From Delftia acidovorans NBRC 14950 (GTDB lineage: Bacteria > Pseudomonadota > Gammaproteobacteria > Burkholderiales > Burkholderiaceae_C): 32,000 nt of DNA. Under the pieces are notes generated by a model, which did not search any database, was not told the origin of the DNA, and saw nothing but the letters and a program-made list of their open reading frames with translations. The DNA is taken from positions 63,664 to 95,663 of the forward strand of contig NZ_BCZP01000021.1 in the NCBI RefSeq assembly GCF_001598795.1, in the 5' to 3' direction. A program made the translations under genes and the position numbers. Numbering within the stretch: the stretch's first letter is position 1; every line of letters starts with the position of its first letter. This document shows positions 24,782 through 32,000 of this stretch, piece after piece.

Positions 24782-26005
24782 TCAGGCTCTCAGCAATGGC
24801 GGCAGCGACCGCGCCGGGGCACCGCCTGGCAGGACATGGCCTTGGGGGAACAGGTTGCGCGCCAGCCGCTGCGGGTCGATGCCGAAGCATTCGCCGGCTG
24901 CCGAGGCAATCAGCGCATCGACGCTGGTGGTCGGTTTCAGGTCCCGGTTCTCCAATAGCTGGCCGGGCTGCAGGCCAGGCCAGTCGGCCAGCACGCGGCC
25001 GCCCTGAACCGCGCCGCCCATCAGCATGGCGACGGCGCCTGTTCCGTGGTCGGTGCCACCGGTGCCGTTGGCCGCAGCCGTGCGGCCGAACTCGGTGGCC
25101 ACCAGCACCACGGTCTGCGACCAGGCATCGCCGAGGCCGTCATGCAGCGCCGCAATCAGTGCATCGAGGTTCTTGAGCTGGGCTGCCAGCCGATTGTTTT
25201 GTGCACTGTGCGTGTCCCAGCCGCCGGTTTCGATCATGGCGATGCGCAGCCCGTCCTGGCGGGCAAGAAAGCCGGCTGCCAGCTTGCCCAGGCTGGCGCC
25301 ATCCAGGCGCGGCCGGTTGTTGCCACCGTCCATGGCCACGCCGCGCGTGTCCATGGCGGAAGTCCAGAGAGCATGCAGCTGCGCATCGCCCTCGTAGAGC
25401 CTGGCCACGCGCAGCAGCAGGTCGTCACTGGCCTGGGGCAGGGAGGAAGGCGCGTAGGAGGCCACTTGCGCCGGCCCGCGCAGCGCCATGGGCACGGTGG
25501 GCGCGAAGGCAATGGCCTCTTCCCGGTGCGGCAACTGGGCGACCAGGCGGTTGAGCCAGCCGTCCTTGACCTGGTAGGGCGCGCTGCCTCCGGTTTCCAG
25601 CACGTTCTGGCCGTCGAAATGCGAGCGGTCACTGTAGGGCGATGCGACCGCGTGCACGAACAGCGCCTGGCCCTGGGCGTAGAGCCTGCCGGTCTCGGCC
25701 AATGAGGGATGCAGCGCGAACATGCCGTCCAGCCGCGTGGCCGCAGCCGTGTCCACGGCGATGGCGCCGCGCAGCCGGGCGTAGCCGGGGTCGGCATAGG
25801 GAATCAGGGTCTCCAGCCCGTCGGCCGCGCCGCGCTGGATGATGAATACGAAGCGGCGCTCGGTGGCTGCACGCGCCAGCGCCAGGTGGGGCGCGGCCAG
25901 TGCCAGCCCGGTGCCTGCGGCCAGCAGGCCCAGGAAATGTCGGCGATTGCGCCTGGCCATCGTGCTGGGCGCGATGTTCGTGGCGGTCGTATGGATCGTG
26001 GTCAT
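24782..26005 (-). CDS. DUF1501 domain protein (Tat-exported, sulfatase/phosphatase-superfamily-like)
   Basis: The twin-arginine signal is MARRNRRHFLGLLAAGTGLALAAPHLALA. The body ...GGWDTHSAQN...EFGRT...GTDHG... is typical of DUF1501. The start is 5 nt downstream of the DUF1800 gene's stop, which is the usual pairing. Confidence 0.88.
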   Translation of the reverse strand: MTTIHTTATNIAPSTMARRNRRHFLGLLAAGTGLALAAPHLALARAATERRFVFIIQRGAADGLETLIPYADPGYARLRGAIAVDTAAATRLDGMFALHPSLAETGRLYAQGQALFVHAVASPYSDRSHFDGQNVLETGGSAPYQVKDGWLNRLVAQLPHREEAIAFAPTVPMALRGPAQVASYAPSSLPQASDDLLLRVARLYEGDAQLHALWTSAMDTRGVAMDGGNNRPRLDGASLGKLAAGFLARQDGLRIAMIETGGWDTHSAQNNRLAAQLKNLDALIAALHDGLGDAWSQTVVLVATEFGRTAAANGTGGTDHGTGAVAMLMGGAVQGGRVLADWPGLQPGQLLENRDLKPTTSVDALIASAAGECFGIDPQRLARNLFPQGHVLPGGAPARSLPPLLRA

Positions 26006-26010
26006 GGTGT

Positions 26011-27381
26011 TCACCTGCGCAGGAAGTCGGGCGAGACCAGCAGCAGCGCGAGTGCGCCGCTGCCGCTTTCGGATCGGGCAATGGCCTCGGCCGTGCCCGC
26101 GCCCAGTGCATCGCCGGGCAGCAATCGGGGTGCCAGCGCGCGCGCATCGACGCTGTTGCCGGCCTGGGCTGCGAGCCGCTGCGCCAGCTCGACACGGCGC
26201 ACCAGCGCATCGGGCGCAGCCCAGCTGGCGGCGATGTCGTCGTAGCCGGCCGGCGAGCCGGGGCGCCACACCGGCTGGCCGAGCTGGTTGAGCAGGCCGG
26301 CGGCCTGAGCACCCTTCAACTCGCGCCGGCCCAGTGCACGCATTGAGGAGACGGCCCATTCCCAGGGGGTCTTGAACTTCGTGGCTGGTGCGGCCCAGGG
26401 TTCTGGCGAATCGATCAGCGTGCGGTAGACGGCTGGCAGGTCCCCGCCGCTGCGCTGGTAGGCGGCCGCAAGGCGCTGCACCAGCGCGGGCGGCGGATCG
26501 TCGGCGACGAAGTGCCGTGCCAGCTTGGTCGCGACATGGAGCGCGGTAGCGGGGGAGGCCGCCAGGTCGCGCAGGATGGCCAGCGCCTGCTCCTGCCCGC
26601 CTGCGGCATAGCTGCGGCCCAGCAGGCGGCGCGGTCCGGGCTCGTGCAATGCAGGTCGGTACTGGAAACCGGCGCTGGCGGCCGGGCTGCCTGCGTCATT
26701 GCCCAGGCTCCAGCCGGTGAGCGCGCGGGCGAACTCGGTCACGTCCTGCTGGGTGTAGCCGCTGCGCACGCCCAGGGTGTGCAGCTCCATGATTTCCCGC
26801 GCCAGGTTTTCGTTCAGGCCGCGTGTCTTGTCCGGGTTGCGCCGGGCGGCGCGCTGTGCAGCGGGGCTGGCGGGTCCCACCGACTGGGCCTGGTCCAGAT
26901 AGACCAGCATGGCCGGGTGGCGCACGGCGGCAAGCAGCAGGTCCTCGAATCGGCCCAGCACGTGCGGGCGTATGGCCTCGGCCTCGTAGGCGCCGGCCAG
27001 GTCGAGCACCACGGGCTTTTCCACCGAGACCGCGAAGTGGTTCGACCAGAAATGCACCAGGCGTTCCACAAACGGCGCGGGTGTGTCGATGGCGCTGGCC
27101 AGGCGCGCGTTCACTGCGTCCAGGTAGCCGTTGCGTGCGCCACGGCGCAACTGCTGGCGGGCGGCGGCGCGCTGGTCTTCAGGCAGGCTGCGCAGCTCGC
27201 GCTGCCGGGACTGGTAGTCGGACAGCAGCGCGTCCGTGTCCGCGTGACCGGCCCAGGCAGGGGGCTGTGGCTGGTAGCGCGCGAACTGGTCCAGCAGCCA
27301 GCGCTGCGGGTCGGCGGGCAGTGCGTCGTCAGGGCGGGCACCCAGGCCGAAGCGGTTCAGGGCGATGGCGGCAGAATTCAT
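26011..27381 (-). CDS. DUF1800 domain protein
   Basis: The N-terminus MNSAAIALNRFGLGARPDD and the segments FWSNHFAVS and LARE(I)MELHTLG are characteristic of DUF1800. It is paired with DUF1501 downstream. Confidence 0.88.
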   Translation of the reverse strand: MNSAAIALNRFGLGARPDDALPADPQRWLLDQFARYQPQPPAWAGHADTDALLSDYQSRQRELRSLPEDQRAAARQQLRRGARNGYLDAVNARLASAIDTPAPFVERLVHFWSNHFAVSVEKPVVLDLAGAYEAEAIRPHVLGRFEDLLLAAVRHPAMLVYLDQAQSVGPASPAAQRAARRNPDKTRGLNENLAREIMELHTLGVRSGYTQQDVTEFARALTGWSLGNDAGSPAASAGFQYRPALHEPGPRRLLGRSYAAGGQEQALAILRDLAASPATALHVATKLARHFVADDPPPALVQRLAAAYQRSGGDLPAVYRTLIDSPEPWAAPATKFKTPWEWAVSSMRALGRRELKGAQAAGLLNQLGQPVWRPGSPAGYDDIAASWAAPDALVRRVELAQRLAAQAGNSVDARALAPRLLPGDALGAGTAEAIARSESGSGALALLLVSPDFLRR

Positions 27382-27438
27382 GGATTCACCTCGAAAAATC
27401 GCGGGCGTGGCGGGCGTGGCGGGCGTGTCCTGTGCTCC

Positions 27439-28002
27439 TCAGCGCCTGGCCGGGGGTGCGGGCACATGGAAGGGGCCTTGCTGCGCTGCCAGCCCCTGCA
27501 CCAGTGTCTGTCGCTCGGCCGGCGTGAGCTGGGCCGCGAAGTCGACCACGTGCGCCTCCACGCGCTCGCGCACCGCCGTGTCGGCGGCCCGGGTGCGTGC
27601 CAATGCAGCCTCGACGGCAGCGCGATCGAACTGCGGCGCAGCCAGCAGTCGAACCACCTCGGCGCGGCCTTCGCGGCTGCCTTGGGTCAGCGCAGCAGCC
27701 TCGCGCCGCACTTCACGCAGTCCTGTGCGGAAGGCCTGGCGCCGCTCGGGCGGCAGGCCGTCTGCGGCAAAGCGCAGTCCGCGCGCAGTGGCCGGGGAGC
27801 TGCCTGCCGGTGCTCCGGTGGGTGTTCCTGTCTGCGTGGATGTGGCTACCGACCTGGCCTCGGCCTGGTGCGCCCACCAGCGCCAGGTGCCACCGGCAAT
27901 GCCGCCCACCAGAAACAGATTCAGCAGGGCAGAGGCCCACAGCCAGCGGCGCAGGTGCGTCGTGCGGGGGGCATCGCCGATGGGGGATTCGTTCATCGTC
28001 AT
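27439..28002 (-). CDS. Membrane-anchored periplasmic Spy/CpxP-like protein (periplasmic heavy-metal-sensor family-like)
   Basis: The N-terminal TM segment is WLWASALLNLFLVGGIAGG. The periplasmic part is helical and Arg/Ala-rich (FDRAAVEAALARTRAADTAVRERVEAHVVDFAAQLTPAERQTLV). The start overlaps the anti-sigma stop (ATGA). The second ATG at 27996 is an alternative start. Confidence 0.6.
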   Translation of the reverse strand: MTMNESPIGDAPRTTHLRRWLWASALLNLFLVGGIAGGTWRWWAHQAEARSVATSTQTGTPTGAPAGSSPATARGLRFAADGLPPERRQAFRTGLREVRREAAALTQGSREGRAEVVRLLAAPQFDRAAVEAALARTRAADTAVRERVEAHVVDFAAQLTPAERQTLVQGLAAQQGPFHVPAPPARR

Positions 28003-28526
28003 TCCTCGCTTCCTTCCACCAAGGCGCCGCCCGTGTCGAAGGCGGTGCCCGGCCACCAGCCGCCTTCGGACTGTGCCGGCCGGGCCGTGGGCAAGGCCGT
28101 GCCTATCAGCAAGGCCACGGCCAGGGCGCCTGCGGCCACACCGGCCAGGCCCGCACCGGCGATACTGGCGCCGGACCACCAGCCATGCCAGGGCTTGCGG
28201 CCGCTGGCACGCACCGGCCGTGCGGGCGAGGTACCACGGGGCTGCGGCCATGCATGCGGCGATGGTTGGCCTGGCGCAGTCGCCATGCCTGGGCGCGCTT
28301 GCAAGCCGGCCAGCACTGCGCTTGCCAGCGCTGCGCTGGGGGGCGCGACGGCATGGCTGCCCAGCAGCGTGTCGAGTTCATTTGCACGGGCGAGCACGGC
28401 CCGGGCCGCAGGCGCAAAGGCCGGCTGTTCCATCAGCGCGTGTGCCGCAGCCTGCTCCTGGGCCGGCCAGCGCCGCAGGTCGGCGCCCCAGGCGTCGGCC
28501 AATTGTTCAAAGCGTTCTGGCGTCAT
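27999..28526 (-). CDS. Putative anti-sigma factor (single-pass membrane protein)
   Basis: The ATG overlaps the ECF sigma stop (ATGA). The N-terminus is MTPERFEQLADAWGADLRRWP. There is one TM segment, IAGAGLAGVAAGALAVALLIG. Its position immediately after an ECF sigma gene supports the call. Confidence 0.6.
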   Translation of the reverse strand: MTPERFEQLADAWGADLRRWPAQEQAAAHALMEQPAFAPAARAVLARANELDTLLGSHAVAPPSAALASAVLAGLQARPGMATAPGQPSPHAWPQPRGTSPARPVRASGRKPWHGWWSGASIAGAGLAGVAAGALAVALLIGTALPTARPAQSEGGWWPGTAFDTGGALVEGSEE

Positions 28527-29131
28527 GGCGGTGATCCTCCAGGGTCTGCGGGTGCAGCGATTGCGCTCGTGCTTGCGTCCTGCAGGCGGGCGCGCAAGCT
28601 GCGCCGCGCACGGGCCAGCAGGCTTTCCAGGGCATCCACGGAGACGCCCATGAGTGCTGCCGCCTCGGCCTGGGGCAGCGCCTGGTAGTAGTGCAGCACC
28701 AGCGCCTCGCGCTGGCGCGGCGGCAGTGCATCCAGGGCAGCGGCGACCCGGGCGCTGTGCTGCGCGTGGTCCAGCTGCTGCTCCGGTGTGGGGCCGGGGT
28801 CGGCGAACGCGGCGGCTTCGGCGTGCTCGTCCAGCGCTTCTTCGCGCCGCACCGCGCGCCGGCGGAGCCGGTCGCGGCACAGGTTGAGCACCACCTCATG
28901 CAGCCAGGTGTCAAAGCGGGCCTGGCCCGGCCGCCAGTGGCCCACCTGCTGCCAGGCGCGCACCAGGCCTTCCTGCGCCACCTCTTCAGCCTCTGCCCGG
29001 TTGCCCAGCAGGCGCTGGGCCAGACCCAGCAGGCGTGGCAGCTTGCGCTCCACCAGTTCGCGGGCGGCCTGCGGCTCACCGCGGGCCAGTCTCGCCAGCA
29101 GGTCGGCATCCGGGTCATCGATTTCAGCCAA
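28523..29131 (-). CDS. ECF-type RNA polymerase sigma-70 factor
   Basis: Region 2 is ARFDTWLHEVVLNLCRDRLRRR. Region 4 HTH is LPPRQREALVLHYYQALPQAEAAALMGVSVDALESLLARARRSLR. The only in-frame start at the ORF head is TTG (complement of 29129-29131), so the start is uncertain. Confidence 0.88.
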   Translation of the reverse strand: MAEIDDPDADLLARLARGEPQAARELVERKLPRLLGLAQRLLGNRAEAEEVAQEGLVRAWQQVGHWRPGQARFDTWLHEVVLNLCRDRLRRRAVRREEALDEHAEAAAFADPGPTPEQQLDHAQHSARVAAALDALPPRQREALVLHYYQALPQAEAAALMGVSVDALESLLARARRSLRARLQDASTSAIAAPADPGGSPP

Positions 29132-29173
29132 AGGGCATCGGTGTAGTGGCGGGGTCAGCCAGTGTCGCGCGGC

Positions 29174-29437
29174 TCAACGCCAGCCGCGATGCCAGCCGTA
29201 GACCGGATGGTGCCAGCCCCAGCCGTAGCGCGGGTGGTATTGCCACACGAAGCCGACGCTGGGCATCGGATAGGCAGGCGCCACATAGGCGACGCCCGGC
29301 GGCACCACATAGGGCCCGGGCGCCACGGGCGCAACAGGCGCTACCACGCAGCCGGCCAGCGCGGCCAGGCTGCCGGCGGCAAGCGCCAGCGCAAGCGGAC
29401 GGACAGCGCGGCGAACAGTCAAACGGAATGAGGACAT
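29174..29437 (-). CDS. Small lipoprotein with YxWGxW-type Gly/Trp repeats
   Basis: An AGGAG Shine-Dalgarno precedes the ATG (complement of 29435-29437). The lipobox is LAALAGC. The C-terminus WQYHPRYGWGWHHPVYGWHRGW resembles YXWGXW-repeat proteins. The gene ends 42 nt upstream of the ECF sigma gene on the same strand. Confidence 0.65.
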   Translation of the reverse strand: MSSFRLTVRRAVRPLALALAAGSLAALAGCVVAPVAPVAPGPYVVPPGVAYVAPAYPMPSVGFVWQYHPRYGWGWHHPVYGWHRGWR

Positions 29438-29646
29438 GAAAGACTCCTGCATCGGCCACATCAGGCGGCCTTATTGCGTTCAACGCGCGGGCAGCACGGA
29501 TCCGTCGCGGGGGAGCGAAAAAATGTCGCGGAGAAAAGCGGGGGAGAGGTCGGAGGCGGGAGAGATCGGGCCCGCGCGGAAGGCGGTCCGTGGGATATCA
29601 GTGGCGGATGTGTATCCGGGACTGATGGACTTTGCTCCAGGAAATC

Positions 29647-29720
29647 TGGAGCGGGCGAAGGGAATCGAACCCTCATCATGAGCTTGGGAAGCTCAGGTCC
29701 TGCCATTGAACGACGCCCGC
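29647..29720 (-). tRNA. tRNA-Gly (anticodon CCC)
   Basis: The reverse complement reads GCGGGCGTCGTTCAATGGCAGGACCTGAGCTTCCCAAGCTCATGATGAGGGTTCGATTCCCTTCGCCCGCTCCA. It folds as a cloverleaf: 7-bp acceptor stem, D stem GTTC/GGAC, anticodon stem TGAGC/GCTCA with loop TTCCCAA, T arm GAGGG-TTCGATT-CCCTT, and an encoded CCA. Confidence 0.95.
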
Positions 29721-29848
29721 TTTGGCTAAGTTATTGTCAAAGCACGAATTTCTTTGCTAAGTGCTTGCCGCTATTCAGAATTTCACGCCCTGCTTGCCGC
29801 AGAACTTCATCTTAGCACCCAGCGAAATCTATCTACACTTAGGACTTT

Positions 29849-29905
29849 GGCGTAGGTTCTGGCGTAGGTTTTGCTCCCTACGCCTTTGGCAATCAAACCT
29901 ACGCC
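29849..29905. repeat. Cluster of four GGCGTAGGTT-type sites (two direct, two inverted) just upstream of the integrase start
   Basis: Read directly. GGCGTAGGTT occurs at 29849-29858 and 29861-29870. The inverted copies are CCTACGCC at 29877-29884 and AACCTACGCC at 29896-29905. Confidence 0.85.
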
Positions 29906-29925
29906 ATGACTCTGAGGGGATTCTA

Positions 29926-31209
29926 GTGCTATTCGATTCGCGGTCTGCAAAGCAGCTTCAGCCAGGCTCGCACCTGCTCGTGCAGGGATGCGATGGATTG
30001 CGATTGGTCGCGTCCCAATCGCGCAAGACATGGACCTATCGGTACAAAGACTCTGCTGGTCTCATGAAGCAGGTGAGGCTCGGCCATTGGCCGGAGATGT
30101 CGCTGGCGGAGGCCGTCTCAGCTTGGGGAGAAAAGCGCGACGGGCGTAGCGCAGGAGTTGATCCGGTCACTTCCCGTCGCAAGGCAGCACTGGCCAAGCA
30201 TGGCCCTGCCGTGTCGTCTACGGTGCGTGCGCTGCTGGAAGGCTTCCGCGATCACCTGGCGGGCCTGCGTCAAGCCGAGGGCGCGGCCCGGGCGTGGAGC
30301 GCTCTGGAGCGAATGCTGGATGAGGAGCCGGAGCTTGCGAGGACGGCGCCGCGTGACGTGACCCGCGCCCAGGCCTACGACGTGCTCGACAAGCGGCGAG
30401 ACCTTCCTGCGGCAGCCAAGAAGCTACGGGCACTGCTGGGGCAGGCTTGGGACTGGGGGCTCGATGCAGGGAAGATTGATGGCGCGGCGCCGAACTGGTG
30501 GCGTAGCCTTCTCAAAGGCCAACTGCGTTCAAAGGGAAAAATAGTCGGTGGGGAGCATGTGGGGTTTCGGCGCCGGGTGCTGTCCCAGGCGGAGCTGCGC
30601 AAGCTCCTGCCGTGGGCCCGGGCCAATATGTCGCAGAGCGCGCTGGATGGGCTGCTGCTGTACCTCTACACCGGCATGCGGGGTGTCGAGATTTTTGCAT
30701 TGCGCACTGAGTACGTGTCGCAGGAGGAGGATGGCTGGTGGATCACGTTCCCCGCCCACCTGCTCAAGATGGAACGGGATGCAGACACTGTGGACCACCG
30801 TGTTCCGCTGTTCGGTGAGGCGCTTGAGATCGTGCAACGCCGCGTGGCCGGAGCCTGGGACGGATGGCTGTTCTTCACGGGCCGGGGTGGGAAGTTCCGG
30901 CCGTACCACCGCAACACGTTCTCCAGCTACGTCTATTCGTTGATGCCGGAGTCCGCCAAGGCCAAGAGGCGTGCCGGTGATGGGCTGATCTGCCCTGTGG
31001 TGGATTGGTCGCCCCACGCACTGCGGCGCACGGCGCGCACGCTGCTCAGCGCCATTGATTGCCCGGAGGATGTGGGCGAGGCCATCATCGGCCACAAACC
31101 CGGGGTCATGGTGGCCAGCTACAACCTCCACACCTTCGATGCCCAGAAGCAGGTCTGGGTGAAGAGGCTGTACCAGACCGTGCGCAAGCTTGAGGGTCTG
31201 CCTGCTTAG
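29926..31209 (+). CDS. int: Tyrosine-type site-specific integrase (P4-like, DUF4102-type N-terminus)
   Basis: The N-terminus LQPGSHLLVQGCDGLRLVASQSRKTWTYRYKD...VRLGHWPEMSLAEA is arm-binding DUF4102-like. Catalytic residues are present: R in YTGMRGVE, HALRRTAR, GH..., and Y in VASYNLH. The proposed GTG start at 29926 is preceded by GAGGGGA. An alternative GTG at 29761 would add an implausible N-terminal extension. Confidence 0.88.
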   Translation: MLFDSRSAKQLQPGSHLLVQGCDGLRLVASQSRKTWTYRYKDSAGLMKQVRLGHWPEMSLAEAVSAWGEKRDGRSAGVDPVTSRRKAALAKHGPAVSSTVRALLEGFRDHLAGLRQAEGAARAWSALERMLDEEPELARTAPRDVTRAQAYDVLDKRRDLPAAAKKLRALLGQAWDWGLDAGKIDGAAPNWWRSLLKGQLRSKGKIVGGEHVGFRRRVLSQAELRKLLPWARANMSQSALDGLLLYLYTGMRGVEIFALRTEYVSQEEDGWWITFPAHLLKMERDADTVDHRVPLFGEALEIVQRRVAGAWDGWLFFTGRGGKFRPYHRNTFSSYVYSLMPESAKAKRRAGDGLICPVVDWSPHALRRTARTLLSAIDCPEDVGEAIIGHKPGVMVASYNLHTFDAQKQVWVKRLYQTVRKLEGLPA

Positions 31210-31517
31210 CCAGGCGGTGAGGCGGACTTGCCAGGTTTCCCTGCGCGGCCGTAGCCGCTGTCTGGCGCCGGCAGGCACTCGGACGGTGGCCGCGACATCA
31301 CCCAGGCCTCCACCTCTGCAACGATGAAGCCCACGCGGCGCGCACTGAGCTGCCGAGGCCTGGGGAAATCGCCGGTCTGCACCAGCTTTTGTATCTGCGA
31401 CTCGGACAGATCCACTGCCCGTGCTGCCTCTTGAAGGCTGATCGAAATAGGGCGCATCGTCACGATGGCCAGTGCATCGCCACCGCTGGCAGCTTCGATT
31501 TTTTCTTTCTTGGTCAT
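31206..31517 (-). CDS. alpA: AlpA-family phage/island transcriptional regulator or excisionase-like HTH protein
   Basis: A GAGGAA Shine-Dalgarno precedes the ATG (complement of 31515-31517). The core ISLQEAARAVDLSESQIQKLVQTGDFPRPRQLSARRVGFIVAEVEAWV matches the AlpA/MerR-like HTH pattern. It is convergent with the integrase, and the 3' ends overlap by 4 nt. Confidence 0.75.
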   Translation of the reverse strand: MTKKEKIEAASGGDALAIVTMRPISISLQEAARAVDLSESQIQKLVQTGDFPRPRQLSARRVGFIVAEVEAWVMSRPPSECLPAPDSGYGRAGKPGKSASPPG

Positions 31518-32000
31518 GGCGTGTTCCTCGCGTGCCTGCGGTTGGTGCCAGGCGTGAAAAGGCCCGCGGGTGCGGGCCAGGTGATTGGTTCGTCGTCGGG
31601 TTGTGGCGCGCGCTTGTCGCGCCACTCCTTGTGCTTCTTGCTGGCCATGGTCATGCCTACTTGGCCCTGATACCTGCATCCGCTTCGTAAAGCGTCTCGG
31701 CTACTTCGAGCAGGCGCACAGTGTCAGGTGGGCTGCGTTTCGTTGGCGATGAGTTGCTCATTAGGTCGCCTTCCGCACAGACAGGGCGCTCGGGTGCGAA
31801 GTAAGGTGCCCAGGCCGCACACCATTTGCATAGTGTTTTTGTCCCAGACGCATGCTCGGCATGCTTTTCGCGGTCTCTTGTAGGTAGCAAGTGGGTGACG
31901 GTCCCGAGGATTTTTATGACTCGAATGCCTGCGCCACCACCAGCGCTGTTCTCCAGACTTGTGGGCAACGACTCGGAGGTGTGGATAGTTCGTGGCCTTT

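Larger units (their letters stand above)
29721..32000. mobile_element. Left edge of an integrative element / genomic island (partial, continues beyond the window)
   Basis: The sequence becomes visibly more AT-rich immediately beyond the tRNA-Gly 5' end. The region contains an integrase and an AlpA-like gene. No second boundary lies inside the window. Confidence 0.5.

Noticed and set aside
31657-31968. 103-aa minus-strand ORF upstream of the AlpA-like gene
   Set aside because: It would start with TTG, has no Shine-Dalgarno, and has no family resemblance. It may be real island cargo, but I cannot support it from the sequence alone.
1-32000. Search for CRISPR arrays, rRNA genes, IS elements and toxin-antitoxin pairs
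   Set aside because: I found no regularly spaced repeat array, no rRNA-like sequence and no transposase-like ORF or terminal inverted repeats. The only tandem repeats are the two 15-bp ones reported above.

Overview
GC-rich, chromosome-like proteobacterial DNA; azurin and the gene content suggest Burkholderiales, but that is only an inference. In order, the window holds a CNNM/hemolysin-family membrane protein, a lipoprotein, azurin with an upstream perfect FNR/Anr-type box, a small membrane protein and an AlaX-type tRNA editing protein. A long leader then precedes a ~15.7 kb co-directional eight-gene cluster (4464-20177). It encodes three tandem ~1000-aa DUF4132 paralogs, a MoxR/AAA_5-type ATPase, a ~800-aa YehM-like protein, a VWA/MIDAS protein, a double-SWIM zinc-finger protein and a 104-aa ORF. 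The last five junctions overlap, which suggests translational coupling. This composition matches the functionally uncharacterised E. coli molR/yehI-yehLMPQ locus and is my candidate for an undescribed ATP-driven system. Downstream are a PEP-mutase/isocitrate-lyase family gene, a secreted alpha/beta hydrolase, a secreted SFPD-h-KV repeat protein and several hypotheticals. These are followed by a same-strand array of YXWGXW lipoprotein, ECF sigma, anti-sigma, Spy-like protein, DUF1800 and DUF1501. The window ends with tRNA-Gly(CCC) and the visibly more AT-rich edge of an integrative element (P4-like integrase, AlpA). I found no CRISPR array or rRNA. The many long antisense ORFs are treated as high-GC shadow ORFs. 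All domain calls come from reading motifs by eye and need HMM confirmation.
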